Origin: an uncultured Clostridia bacterium | Lineage (GTDB): Bacteria; Bacillota; Clostridia; TANB77; CAG-508 | Length of the DNA: 64,000 nucleotides | Reading direction: 5' to 3' | Assembly (NCBI GenBank): GCA_947630545.1 | Contig: CANRHX010000006.1 | Coordinates: 2,625-66,624 of the forward strand | In this document: piece after piece, positions 21,575 to 30,551 of the stretch | Layout of the letters: every line of letters starts with the position of its first letter | Position numbering within the stretch: the stretch's first letter is position 1 | Notes under the pieces: model-generated | What the model saw: only the letters and a program-made list of their open reading frames with translations | Told to the model about the DNA's origin: nothing | Database searches by the model: none | Program-made: the position numbers and the translations under genes

Positions 21575-23453
21575 ATGAATTATTATGCTGGAGATTATGA
21601 TGTAGCAGTAGTTGGAGCAGGACACGCAGGATGCGAAGCAGCCTTAGCTGCAGCAAGGCTAGGAATGAAAACTTTAATATTTTCAATTAGTTTAGAAAAT
21701 ATAGCTAACATGCCATGTAATCCACATATAGGAGGAAGTTCAAAAGGACATCTAGTCAGAGAAATAGATGCCCTTGGTGGAGAAATGGGAAAAAATATTG
21801 ATAAAACTATGATGCAAATAAAAATGTTAAACACTTCTAAGGGACCTGCTGTTCATTCCTTAAGAGCACAGGCTGATAGAAAAAAATATCAAGCTGAAAT
21901 GAAGCATACATTAGAAAAACAAGAAAATTTAGAAGTAAAACAAGCAGAGATAGTAGATATAAAAGTGGAAAATGGAAAAATTAAATCAATAGAAACAAAT
22001 GTAGGTGCTATTTATAATGTAAAAACTTTAATACTTGCTACGCGGAACATATTTAAAAGGAAAAATATTTATAGGTGAATTTAGCCAAGAAAGTGGTCCA
22101 GATGGTGTAGCAGCAGCAAATAAGCTATCAGATAGTCTTAAAAAATTAGGAATTAATTTAATAAGATTTAAAACAGGAACACCTGCAAGAATAAATAGAA
22201 AAAGTATTGACTTTAGTAAAATGGAAGTACAAAAGGGAGATGAAGGAATAGTACCATTCTCTTTTGAAGATGAAATAAAACCTTTTAAACAAGTAGATTG
22301 CTATTTAACTTATACAACTGAAGAAACTCATAAAATAATTAGAGATAACTTACATAGATCTCCTTTATATGCGGGAAAAATAGAGGGAACTGGTCCAAGA
22401 TATTGTCCATCAATAGAAGATAAAGTTGTTAGATTCAGCGATAAACCAAGACATCAAGCATTTGTAGAGCCTGTAGGAGAAGATACAGAAGAAATGTATA
22501 TACAAGGAATGAGTTCATCTCTTCCAGAAGATGTTCAGATTGCTTTTTATAGAACAATTCCTGGACTAGAAAAAGCTGAATTTACAAGGCCAGCGTATGC
22601 AATAGAATATGATTGTATTGATCCGTCAGAATTAAAACTATCATTAGAATATAAAGGAATAGATGGTTTATTTATGGCAGGACAAATAAATGGAACATCA
22701 GGATATGAAGAGGCAGCTTGTCAAGGGCTAATTGCAGGAATAAATGCTGTTCAAAAAATAAAAGGAAAAGAACCTCTTGTTTTAGATAGAACTCAAGGGT
22801 ATATTGGTGTTTTAATTGATGATATTGTTACAAAAGGAACAAATGAACCATACAGAATGATGACTTCTAGGGCAGAGTATAGACTTCTTCTAAGACAAGA
22901 TAATGCGGACTTAAGATTAACCCAAATTGGTCATGATATAGGATTAATTTCAGATGAAAGATTCAAAAGATTTGAAAATAAAAAGAAGAACATAAATATG
23001 GAAGTTGAAAGATTAAAGAATACAATAGTTAAACCTACAGAAGAAGTTAATGAATTATTAAAAAACAAGGGAACATCAATACTTACAACAGGTACAAAAA
23101 TGGCAGAATTGTTGAAAAGAACAGAAATAAAATATGAAGATTTAGAAAAAATAGATGATAAAAGACCAGAATTAACAGCACAGGAAAAAGAAGAAGTTGA
23201 GATTCAAATAAAATATGAAGGATATATTAAGCTTCAAGAAGAACAAGTTCAAAAGTTTAAAAAATTAGAAAGTAAAAAATTATCTGAAGACATAGATTAT
23301 GAACAGATAAAAGGTATTAGCTTAGAAGCAAGACAAAAATTAAATAAGTTTAAACCAACATCAATAGGACAAGCTTCTAGAATTTCAGGTGTTTCACCAG
23401 CTGATATTTCTGTACTTTTAATTTATGAGCAAATGAATAAAAAGGGAGAATGA
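21575..23453 (+). CDS. mnmG: tRNA uridine 5-carboxymethylaminomethyl modification enzyme MnmG (GidA), frame broken at CGG 22043-22045
   Basis: FAD motif [20 protein letters not shown]. Track ORFs 21575-22078 and 22035-23453 join as [13 protein letters not shown] when C22043 is skipped. Confidence 0.92.
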
Positions 23454-23455
23454 AA

Positions 23456-24175
23456 ATGGAAAAAAAAAGTTTTTTTCAAAAATTAGATGAATACTCTGTA
23501 AAATTAGATATAAAGTTTAATGATAAACAAAAAGAGCAATTATATAAATATATGAATTTATTAATAGAATGGAATGAAAAAATAAATTTAACAGCTATAA
23601 CAAATCCGGATGAAATAATATTAAAACATTTTATAGATTCTATAACAATAAGTAATTACATAAAAGAAAATAGTTATATTGCAGATATAGGAACTGGTGC
23701 AGGATTTCCTGGAATACCTTTAAAAATTTTAAGAAAAGATATAAAAATAGTTTTAGTAGATTCATTAAATAAAAGAATTAATTTTTTAAATGAAATTATA
23801 CAGGAGCTTAATTTAGAAAATATTCAAGCAATACATGCGAGAGCAGAAGAATTTGGAAGGGATAAAAACTATAGAGAACATTTTGATGTTGTAACATCGA
23901 GAGCTGTTGCAAATCTTTCTACATTGAGTGAATATCTAATTCCATTAAGTAAAATAGAAGGTAAATGTTTATGTATGAAGGGTCCGGGAGTTCAAGAAGA
24001 AATAAAAGATGCAAAGAAAGCAATAGAAATTCTTGGTGGAACAATTTCAAATTTATATGAATTTAAATTGCCAGAGTCAGATATAGAAAGAGTTGTTGTA
24101 GAATTAAAAAAGGTAAAGAAAACACCAGATAAATATCCTAGAAAAGCAGGATTACCATCAAAAGAACCTTTATAA
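23456..24175 (+). CDS. rsmG: 16S rRNA (guanine527-N7)-methyltransferase RsmG
   Basis: NLTAITNPDEIILKHFIDS and SAM motif DIGTGAGFPGIPL. Follows mnmG. Confidence 0.9.
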   Translation: MEKKSFFQKLDEYSVKLDIKFNDKQKEQLYKYMNLLIEWNEKINLTAITNPDEIILKHFIDSITISNYIKENSYIADIGTGAGFPGIPLKILRKDIKIVLVDSLNKRINFLNEIIQELNLENIQAIHARAEEFGRDKNYREHFDVVTSRAVANLSTLSEYLIPLSKIEGKCLCMKGPGVQEEIKDAKKAIEILGGTISNLYEFKLPESDIERVVVELKKVKKTPDKYPRKAGLPSKEPL

Positions 24176-24206
24176 TGTGTCAACCAAACCCGGAACCAAT
24201 GACATA
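24176..24206. repeat. single half-unit of the TGTGTCA...TGACACA palindrome family
   Basis: tgtgtcaaccaaacccggaaccaatgacata, starting right at the rsmG stop codon. Same unit as at 46476-46506. Confidence 0.8.
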
Positions 24207-24224
24207 AAACCAATTACACAAAAA

Positions 24225-24255
24225 AGTCAATAAATTTACTTAAAATTTATTGACT
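24225..24255 (+). terminator. rho-independent terminator after rsmG
   Basis: 13-bp stem agtcaataaattt / aaatttattgact followed by a T-run. Confidence 0.8.
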
Positions 24256-24315
24256 TTTTTTATATATTTTTATATTATATTAATATTGAAAAAAACAAAA
24301 TGGGAGGCAATAAAA

Positions 24316-25104
24316 GTGTGTAAAATAGTATCAATAGCAAACCAAAAGGGTGGAGTAGGAAAGACAACAACAGCAGTAAATTTAAGTACAATAATAGCTA
24401 AAAAAGGAAAAAAAGTTTTATTAATAGATGCAGATCCACAAGGAAATGCAACTAGTGGATTAGGATTAGATAAAGAAGTTGAATTATCTACATATGATTT
24501 ATTAGTTAATGATACTACTTTAGAAGAAACATTGAAAAAGACATCAATAAAAAACTTAACAATATGTCCATCAAACATAAGTTTGGCTGGCGCAGAAGTA
24601 GAGCTAGTATCTATGATGTCTAGAGAACAAAGATTAAAAGAAAAGATTGAAGTGTCAAAGGAAAAATTTGATTATATATTTATAGATTGCCCGCCATCAT
24701 TAGGGTTAGTTACGCTAAATTCGTTTACAGCTTCAGATAGTGTTTTAATTCCTGTTCAATGTGAATATTTTGCATTAGAAGGATTAGGGCAACTTTTAAA
24801 TACAGTAAATTTAGTAAAAAAACATCTTAATAAAAATATAGAAATAGAGGGTGCATTGCTTACAATGTATGATATAAGGACAAACCTTTCAAATCAAGTT
24901 GTAAAAGAAGTAAAAAAATACTTTGGAGACAAAGTATATAAAACAGTAATACCAAGAAATGTGAGATTAAGTGAAGCACCAAGTTATGGAATGCCAATAA
25001 CTGTATATGACCCTAGGTCAAAAGGAGCAAAAAGTTATATAAAATTTGCTAAAGAATTTATAAAAGAAAACGAAGACGAACAAGTAGCAAAACATATGAA
25101 ATAA
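24316..25104 (+). CDS. soj: chromosome partitioning ATPase ParA/Soj
   Basis: GTG 24316 behind GGGAGG. Deviant Walker A NQKGGVGKTTT, and IFIDCPPSLG. Confidence 0.92.
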   Translation: MCKIVSIANQKGGVGKTTTAVNLSTIIAKKGKKVLLIDADPQGNATSGLGLDKEVELSTYDLLVNDTTLEETLKKTSIKNLTICPSNISLAGAEVELVSMMSREQRLKEKIEVSKEKFDYIFIDCPPSLGLVTLNSFTASDSVLIPVQCEYFALEGLGQLLNTVNLVKKHLNKNIEIEGALLTMYDIRTNLSNQVVKEVKKYFGDKVYKTVIPRNVRLSEAPSYGMPITVYDPRSKGAKSYIKFAKEFIKENEDEQVAKHMK

Positions 25105-25128
25105 AAAATAGAAAGGAAAGTGGTAAAT

Positions 25129-25968
25129 ATGCCAAAAATGACAGGTTTAGGTAAAGGACTAGATGCATTATTTGGACCAACACCAGTAGAAGAACAAGTA
25201 CAAGAAAATGACATTCTAAAAAATTTAAAAATAACAGAGGTTGAGCCAAATAGAAATCAACCTAGAAAAAAATTTGACCAAGAAGCTTTAGAAGAACTTT
25301 CAGAGTCAATAAAAGAATATGGATTAATTCAACCAATAGTAGTTTCAAAACAAGATGATTATTATCAAATAATAGCAGGAGAGAGAAGGTGGAGAGCGTC
25401 AAAACTAGCAGGTTTAAAAGAAATACCTGCAATAGTAAGAGAAAGTGATGATAAAAAAAATGCTGAAATAGCATTGATAGAAAATATACAAAGGGAAGAC
25501 TTAAATCCATATGAAAAAGCAGTAGGAATAAAGAATTTAATGCAAGATTATGGCTTAAGGCAAGAAGATGTTGCCAAAAAACTTGGAAAAAGTAGAAGCG
25601 CAATAGCTAATTCAGTTAGAATATTAAATTTAGACCCTCGTGTATTAGAATTTGCAAAAGAGGGAAAACTATCAGAAGGACATTGCAAATCTTTACTTTC
25701 AATAACAGATCAAGAAAGACAGTATAAAACAGCTGTACAAATGATTGAAAGAAATGCAACAGTAAGGCAATTAGAAAAAGCTGTTAAAGTCAAAGTATCT
25801 GATGAACAACAAGAAAAAAACCATATATTATATAGAGATATAGAAAATACTTTTCAAGGTTTCTTTGGAACTAAAGTAAGATTAGATGCAGGAAAAAGAA
25901 GAGGAAAGATTGTTATAGAATACAGTTCAAATGATGATTTAGAAAGAATATTAGATTTGATAAAATAG
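25129..25968 (+). CDS. spo0J: chromosome partitioning protein ParB/Spo0J
   Basis: GLGKGLDALF, IQPIVV and GERRWRA, plus an HTH region. Confidence 0.92.
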   Translation: MPKMTGLGKGLDALFGPTPVEEQVQENDILKNLKITEVEPNRNQPRKKFDQEALEELSESIKEYGLIQPIVVSKQDDYYQIIAGERRWRASKLAGLKEIPAIVRESDDKKNAEIALIENIQREDLNPYEKAVGIKNLMQDYGLRQEDVAKKLGKSRSAIANSVRILNLDPRVLEFAKEGKLSEGHCKSLLSITDQERQYKTAVQMIERNATVRQLEKAVKVKVSDEQQEKNHILYRDIENTFQGFFGTKVRLDAGKRRGKIVIEYSSNDDLERILDLIK

Positions 25969-25976
25969 TAAATTGA

Positions 25977-26011
25977 AATCTGCCAAAAGCTATAATGCTT
26001 TTTGGCAGATT
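25977..26011 (+). terminator. terminator after parB
   Basis: aatctgccaaaagc-tataat-gctttttggcagatt. Confidence 0.65.
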
Positions 26012-26051
26012 GATTTCCATAAAATACAAGTGAAAAATTTCGAAAAAAATC

Positions 26052-26081
26052 TTGACAAGGCATATCTAAATATGCTATATT
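26052..26081 (+). promoter_or_regulatory. promoter for the tRNA-Ser pair
   Basis: TTGACA (26052-26057), 18 nt, then TGcTATATT extended -10. Confidence 0.5.
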
Positions 26082-26103
26082 AATAATTGTCCTAATAAGA
26101 CAC

Positions 26104-26195
<92 letters not shown>

Positions 26196-26223
26196 TTTTT
26201 TTTATAAAATTTTATATATTTAT

Positions 26224-26313
26224 GTAGGTGTACCCAAGTGGTGAAGGGGCGAGTTTGCTAAACTTGTAGGTCCTGTAAGGGGCGCGGAGGTTCGAACCCT
26301 CTCACCTACGCCA
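26224..26313 (+). tRNA. tRNA-Ser (anticodon GCU)
   Basis: Acceptor gtaggtg/cacctac, anticodon stem cgagt/acttg with loop ttGCTaa, long variable arm, GGTTCGAACCC T-loop, encoded CCA. Confidence 0.88.
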
Positions 26314-26320
26314 AAAAAGA

Positions 26321-26349
26321 CAGAAAAAATTCTTTAAAAATTTTTTCTG
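26321..26349 (+). terminator. terminator after the tRNA pair
   Basis: cagaaaaaa...ttttttctg hairpin followed by cctttttag. Confidence 0.55.
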
Positions 26350-26385
26350 CCTTTTTAGATATAAGCGGTTTTTATTACAAATTTG

Positions 26386-26414
26386 TTGATTTTTGGTAAA
26401 AATTAGAGTATAAT
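26386..26414 (+). promoter_or_regulatory. candidate promoter of the T4SS cluster
   Basis: TTGATT (26386-26391), 17 nt, then TATAAT (26409-26414), about 55 nt upstream of ATG 26468. Confidence 0.45.
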
Positions 26415-26467
26415 TAAAGTAGAGAGTTTTAAAATATTATTATGTTTTAGAATGGAGAGTGATATAA

Positions 26468-27713
26468 ATGAAGAAAAAAATATGTATTGTTTTGATTTTT
26501 TTATTCATTTTACAAATTATAAGTTATATAAATTGTAATTATGTTTATGCCAAGGATAATCCATTAAAAGGGTATTTAAATGCACATTCTAAGAACGATG
26601 TGTCTAATTTCCATACAGGCAATGATTCTATATGGCGGTAATGATTATGATGCAACTTCTTATAATAGATTAAAATTATACGAAAACACCCTTTGGAACA
26701 ATGACGCTGAAAATAGAGATGTTTATGTTATAAAATCAGGTATTGCTCAAAATTTTTGTGTTAGATATTATTGGTTACACGGATTACATAAAATGGTAAA
26801 TTATATTACAAAAAAAGGAGTCTCATATAAAACAATTGCGGATGAAAATGATAGTAATTATATAGCTATATCATGCCACAGTGTAGAAATATGCAGAACA
26901 GAAATAGGAACATTTAATGCATCAGATAAAAATACTGATGATACAGATTCTACAAACCAAACAATAGATGGGACTAAGAGAGCACTTTCAGCATTTAAAA
27001 GTATAACTAAGTATGACACAACAAAACAATATGATGGGGTTCTACTATCTGTACAACAAGAATTACAGGCGGCATATGATTATGCAGAAAAAAAACCAGT
27101 GTACGGTGGAGATGTATATATTTTAGATGATTATAATACAAAGCTAAATTATAGCGAGTCACAGATAAATCAATATAGAACTGTTTATGGAGCAAGATAT
27201 GGAGTTAGCCAAGAAGAGAAAAATAAATTAAAAGAAGCATGGGAAAATAAAACTAATAAAACAGATGAAGAGATGATAAAAGAATACGAAGAAAATACAT
27301 CTAATGAAGATATAGATAGGAAAAAAGCACAAGAAAGTGATAATCCTAAAATAGACAAAGACAAAGATACAATTTACGTAGAACCAAAAAACAACACAGC
27401 AGTAGCAACAAGTGGACCAGATGATGTAATAAACGATGCAGAAAGTTTCATTACAGATGGAAATAGAATCGAATATATGAAAACAGATGAGCTACAAAGT
27501 TTTTCTCAAACTCTATATAGTATACTTTTTGGGCTAGGTGTAATTATATCAGTAATTATAGGATTAATATTAGGAGTAAAATTAATGTTAGCACCAGTTG
27601 GAGAAAGAGCAGACGCGAAAAAGCTACTAATACCATACGTAATAGGATGTGCAGTAGTATTTGGAGCATTTGGAATTTGGAAATTAGTTGTAACAATTAT
27701 GCAAGGAATATAA
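26468..27713 (+). CDS. large secreted protein with C-terminal T4SS pilin-like (VirB2-like) two-TM module, frame broken at CGG 26636-26638
   Basis: ATG 26468 encodes the signal peptide MKKKICIVLIFLFILQIISYINCNYVYA, then ...SIW-CGG-TAA. Skipping C26636 continues G-NDYDATSYN into track ORF 26580-27713. The C-terminus LFGLGVIISVIIGLILGVKLMLAP..ADAKKLLIPYVIGCAVVF matches the two small pilin-like ORFs. Confidence 0.6.
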
Positions 27714-27737
27714 ACATAAGACAAGGAGGAAATTGAT

Positions 27738-28109
27738 ATGACAAAAAATATAAACAAATATTTAATTGTAATATTACCTGTTTTATTAATCTTAACATTA
27801 ATTATACCTAGTATTTCATACGGAAAAGATGATTTGAACTTAGGTGATTTAAATGCCTACAAAAATGAAACAGAAATGAGTTCATTGAAAACAAAAGCAG
27901 AGGGTATAATTGGAATTATAAGAACTATAGGTGTTGTTGCTTCTGTAGTAGCTCTTATGGGAATAGGAATAAAATACATGATGGCAAGTCTAGAAGAAAG
28001 AGCACAATACAAGGAAACAATGAAACCATATATTATAGGAGCATTTTTAGTATTTACATTATCTTTAATACCTCAAATAATATATGATATAATGAAAAAT
28101 TTTGAGTAG
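27738..28109 (+). CDS. T4SS pilin-like protein (VirB2/TrbC-like)
   Basis: 123 aa with a signal peptide and IIGIIRTIGVVASVVALMGIGIKYMMASLEERAQYKETMKPYIIGAFLVF. AAGGAGG lies upstream. Confidence 0.6.
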   Translation: MTKNINKYLIVILPVLLILTLIIPSISYGKDDLNLGDLNAYKNETEMSSLKTKAEGIIGIIRTIGVVASVVALMGIGIKYMMASLEERAQYKETMKPYIIGAFLVFTLSLIPQIIYDIMKNFE

Positions 28110-28262
28110 AGTAATATGCTAATAAATAGTAAAAAAGTAATATTTACACATAAATGTTGCAAAATTAAACAAAAAGTGTTATAATAAAAATGATAATGTG
28201 TTATTAAAATTTTCATGATACATGATATTTTAAATAAAAAATAATAAAAGGAGGAAAAAAGA

Positions 28263-28625
28263 ATGAACAAAAAAATCCAAAAACTAGCTTATATTTTAGT
28301 AATAGCAGTTGCAATTGTTTCTATAGCAACAAATGTATTTGCTGAAATTACACCAGGAAACCTAGTAGGAAAAGATCCAGACTCAACACAAATTGTAGAT
28401 GTGGGTCAAAATATAATTGGTATCTTAAGAACAGTTGGTGTTGTACTATCTGTAATAGTATTAATTATACTAGGTATTAAATACATGATGGGTAGTGCAG
28501 AAGAAAAATCAGAATACAAAAAGACATTCATTCCTTACATAGTTGGTGCAGCTTTAATTTTCGCAGCATCAGTATTTGCAGAAGCAATTTACGGATTCTT
28601 CAATGGAATGAATGGAGCTAAATAA
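28263..28625 (+). CDS. T4SS pilin-like protein (VirB2/TrbC-like), paralog
   Basis: 120 aa with a signal peptide and IIGILRTVGVVLSVIVLIILGIKYMMGSAEEKSEYKKTFIPYIVGAALIF. Confidence 0.6.
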   Translation: MNKKIQKLAYILVIAVAIVSIATNVFAEITPGNLVGKDPDSTQIVDVGQNIIGILRTVGVVLSVIVLIILGIKYMMGSAEEKSEYKKTFIPYIVGAALIFAASVFAEAIYGFFNGMNGAK

Positions 28626-28648
28626 AACGGATTCTTCAATGGAATGAA
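28591..28648 (+). repeat. 22-bp direct duplication spanning the pilin gene stop
   Basis: acggattcttcaatggaatgaa occurs at 28591-28612 and again at 28627-28648. Confidence 0.85.
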
Positions 28649-28665
28649 CAAAAATAATAGCTAAA

Positions 28666-28705
28666 ACAAAAAGAATGAGATTATTTATAATCTCATTCTT
28701 TTTGT
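28666..28705 (+). terminator. strong rho-independent terminator after the pilin genes
   Basis: 18-bp perfect stem acaaaaagaatgagatta / taatctcattctttttgt with a 4-nt loop and a T-run. Confidence 0.85.
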
Positions 28706-28949
28706 TTTTTAAATATTTGAAAAAAAATATTCAAATCTTCAAAACCTTATATCCGTTAGCAAATGATAAAACAAAAGTATACAATAAAAGAAATATGTAA
28801 ACGAAAAACACAAAAACCATATTACAAGCCTGTTACAGGTTTGTTAAATTTGTGTTTTTTTACATTTTTTTGTCAAAAAGCATTTAAATATGTATAAAAA
28901 TCTGTTATAATTATATTAGATGAGTATTTTTATTAGGAGGTATACCACA

Positions 28950-29324
28950 ATGGGAACATATCAAGTACCAAGGAACGTAAAAGGTGAGGGCAGAATTTTA
29001 TTTATATTTTCAAAAAAAGCATTAGTATATACAGCAATAGGAATTGGAGTAGGATTTTTCTTTATGCTTTTATTTGGTATGATAGGGCTAGACATTGTGG
29101 GTTACGTTATGATGGGAATACTTGGTTTACTTGGTTTTTTAATAGGAACATTTAAAATGCCAGATACAAATGCATTCGAAATTACCAAAAAAACAGGTGG
29201 AGAAAATATAGATGATGTAATAAAAAGAGCTATAAAATTTAAAAGAAATGGAAATAAAATATATTTATATGAAAAACCAGAAAATTTAAGTATAAATACT
29301 AAAGAAAAAAAGGAGGATAAATAG
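28950..29324 (+). CDS. PrgI-family (VirB3-like) small membrane protein
   Basis: ATG 28950 behind TAGGAGG. MGTYQVPRNVKGEGRILFIFS, then two TM helices and a basic tail. Confidence 0.6.
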   Translation: MGTYQVPRNVKGEGRILFIFSKKALVYTAIGIGVGFFFMLLFGMIGLDIVGYVMMGILGLLGFLIGTFKMPDTNAFEITKKTGGENIDDVIKRAIKFKRNGNKIYLYEKPENLSINTKEKKEDK

Positions 29325-30551
29325 ATGGAAATTTCTCAAATGCTAACAGTAATTCTTGCAGTTTTAATATGTATATTATTTATACTGTGTGTAATTTATG
29401 TTGTTATAAGATTTAGTGAAAAAAATAATAAATCAAAGCCCAATAAAGATATTATAAAGGATCAAAAAGCTTCTAAGGTCAATTCTAAAAAAGGATCTGA
29501 AGCAAAGCCATCATTGTACACAAAACAATCTATTTTTGATTTTATGGAATTTGAAACTGTACAAGATAATATGATTATACAAAAAAATGGAAAAAGGTAT
29601 TTAATAGTAGTAGAATGTCAAGGTGTTAATTATGATTTAATGTCAAAAATGGAAAAAAATTCTGTTGAAGAAGGATTTCAACAATTCTTAAATACTTTAA
29701 GACATCCTATTCAAATATACATACAAACTAGAACAATGAATTTAGAAAAAAGTATTCAAACATATAAAGATAGAGTAAAAATTGTAGAGGACAGATTCAA
29801 CAAATTGCAAAGAGAATATACAATGATGAAAGAAAGTGAAGCTTATAGCGAAGATGAAATGAAGAAGCAATTTTTTGAATTAACTAGAAACAGAAACCTA
29901 TTAGAATATGGAAGAGATATTATTGCAAATACTGAAAGGATGAGCTTAAATAAAAATGTTTTAACAAAAAAATATTATATAGTAATTCCATATTATTCAG
30001 AAGAAGATGGAGATTATAGTTTAGAAGAAATAAGAAATATGGCTTTTTCAGAATTGTATACAAAAGCTCAATCAGTTATTTCTACACTTTCAGCATGTTC
30101 TGTTGCTGGAAAGATATTAAATTCAAATGAATTAATAGAATTATTATATATGTCATATAACAGAGAAGAGGCAGATGTGTTCGGATTAGATAAAGCTCTA
30201 AGAGCAGAATATGATAGTCTATATTCAACTGCTCCAGATGTTTTTGAGAAAAAATTAAAAGTATTAGATGAAGAAATTAATGAAAGAGCAATCGATTTGG
30301 CAAATAAAAAAATAAATGAAATAAAATCAAGACCTCAACAAAAAGCAGAAGAAAAAGAAGAAACTTTAGAAGATTTAGTTAATAAGATGGCGCAAATGAT
30401 ATTAGATGAAAATAAATCTTATGTAGGAGAAAAAATAGCAGAAAAGGCAATTGAAGAATTGGAAGAAGAGAGAAAAACACAAGAAGGAGGAACCGATAAT
30501 GTCCAAGTCAAAGAAAAAACAAAAAGAACAAGAAGAGATAATAAAAAGTAG
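29325..30551 (+). CDS. membrane-anchored T4SS protein encoded upstream of VirB4 (paralog of 10240-10815)
   Basis: N-terminal TM, a conserved block shared with 10240-10815, and a coiled-coil-like acidic C-terminus. No P-loop. Confidence 0.55.
   Translation: MEISQMLTVILAVLICILFILCVIYVVIRFSEKNNKSKPNKDIIKDQKASKVNSKKGSEAKPSLYTKQSIFDFMEFETVQDNMIIQKNGKRYLIVVECQGVNYDLMSKMEKNSVEEGFQQFLNTLRHPIQIYIQTRTMNLEKSIQTYKDRVKIVEDRFNKLQREYTMMKESEAYSEDEMKKQFFELTRNRNLLEYGRDIIANTERMSLNKNVLTKKYYIVIPYYSEEDGDYSLEEIRNMAFSELYTKAQSVISTLSACSVAGKILNSNELIELLYMSYNREEADVFGLDKALRAEYDSLYSTAPDVFEKKLKVLDEEINERAIDLANKKINEIKSRPQQKAEEKEETLEDLVNKMAQMILDENKSYVGEKIAEKAIEELEEERKTQEGGTDNVQVKEKTKRTRRDNKK

Noticed and set aside
23992-24213. 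Track ORFs running through the palindromes (23992-24213, 41066-41266, 48844-49185; peptides such as CQPNPEPMTQ)
   Set aside because: They are translations of the repeat unit itself. They lie antisense to or overlapping real genes and have no SD.
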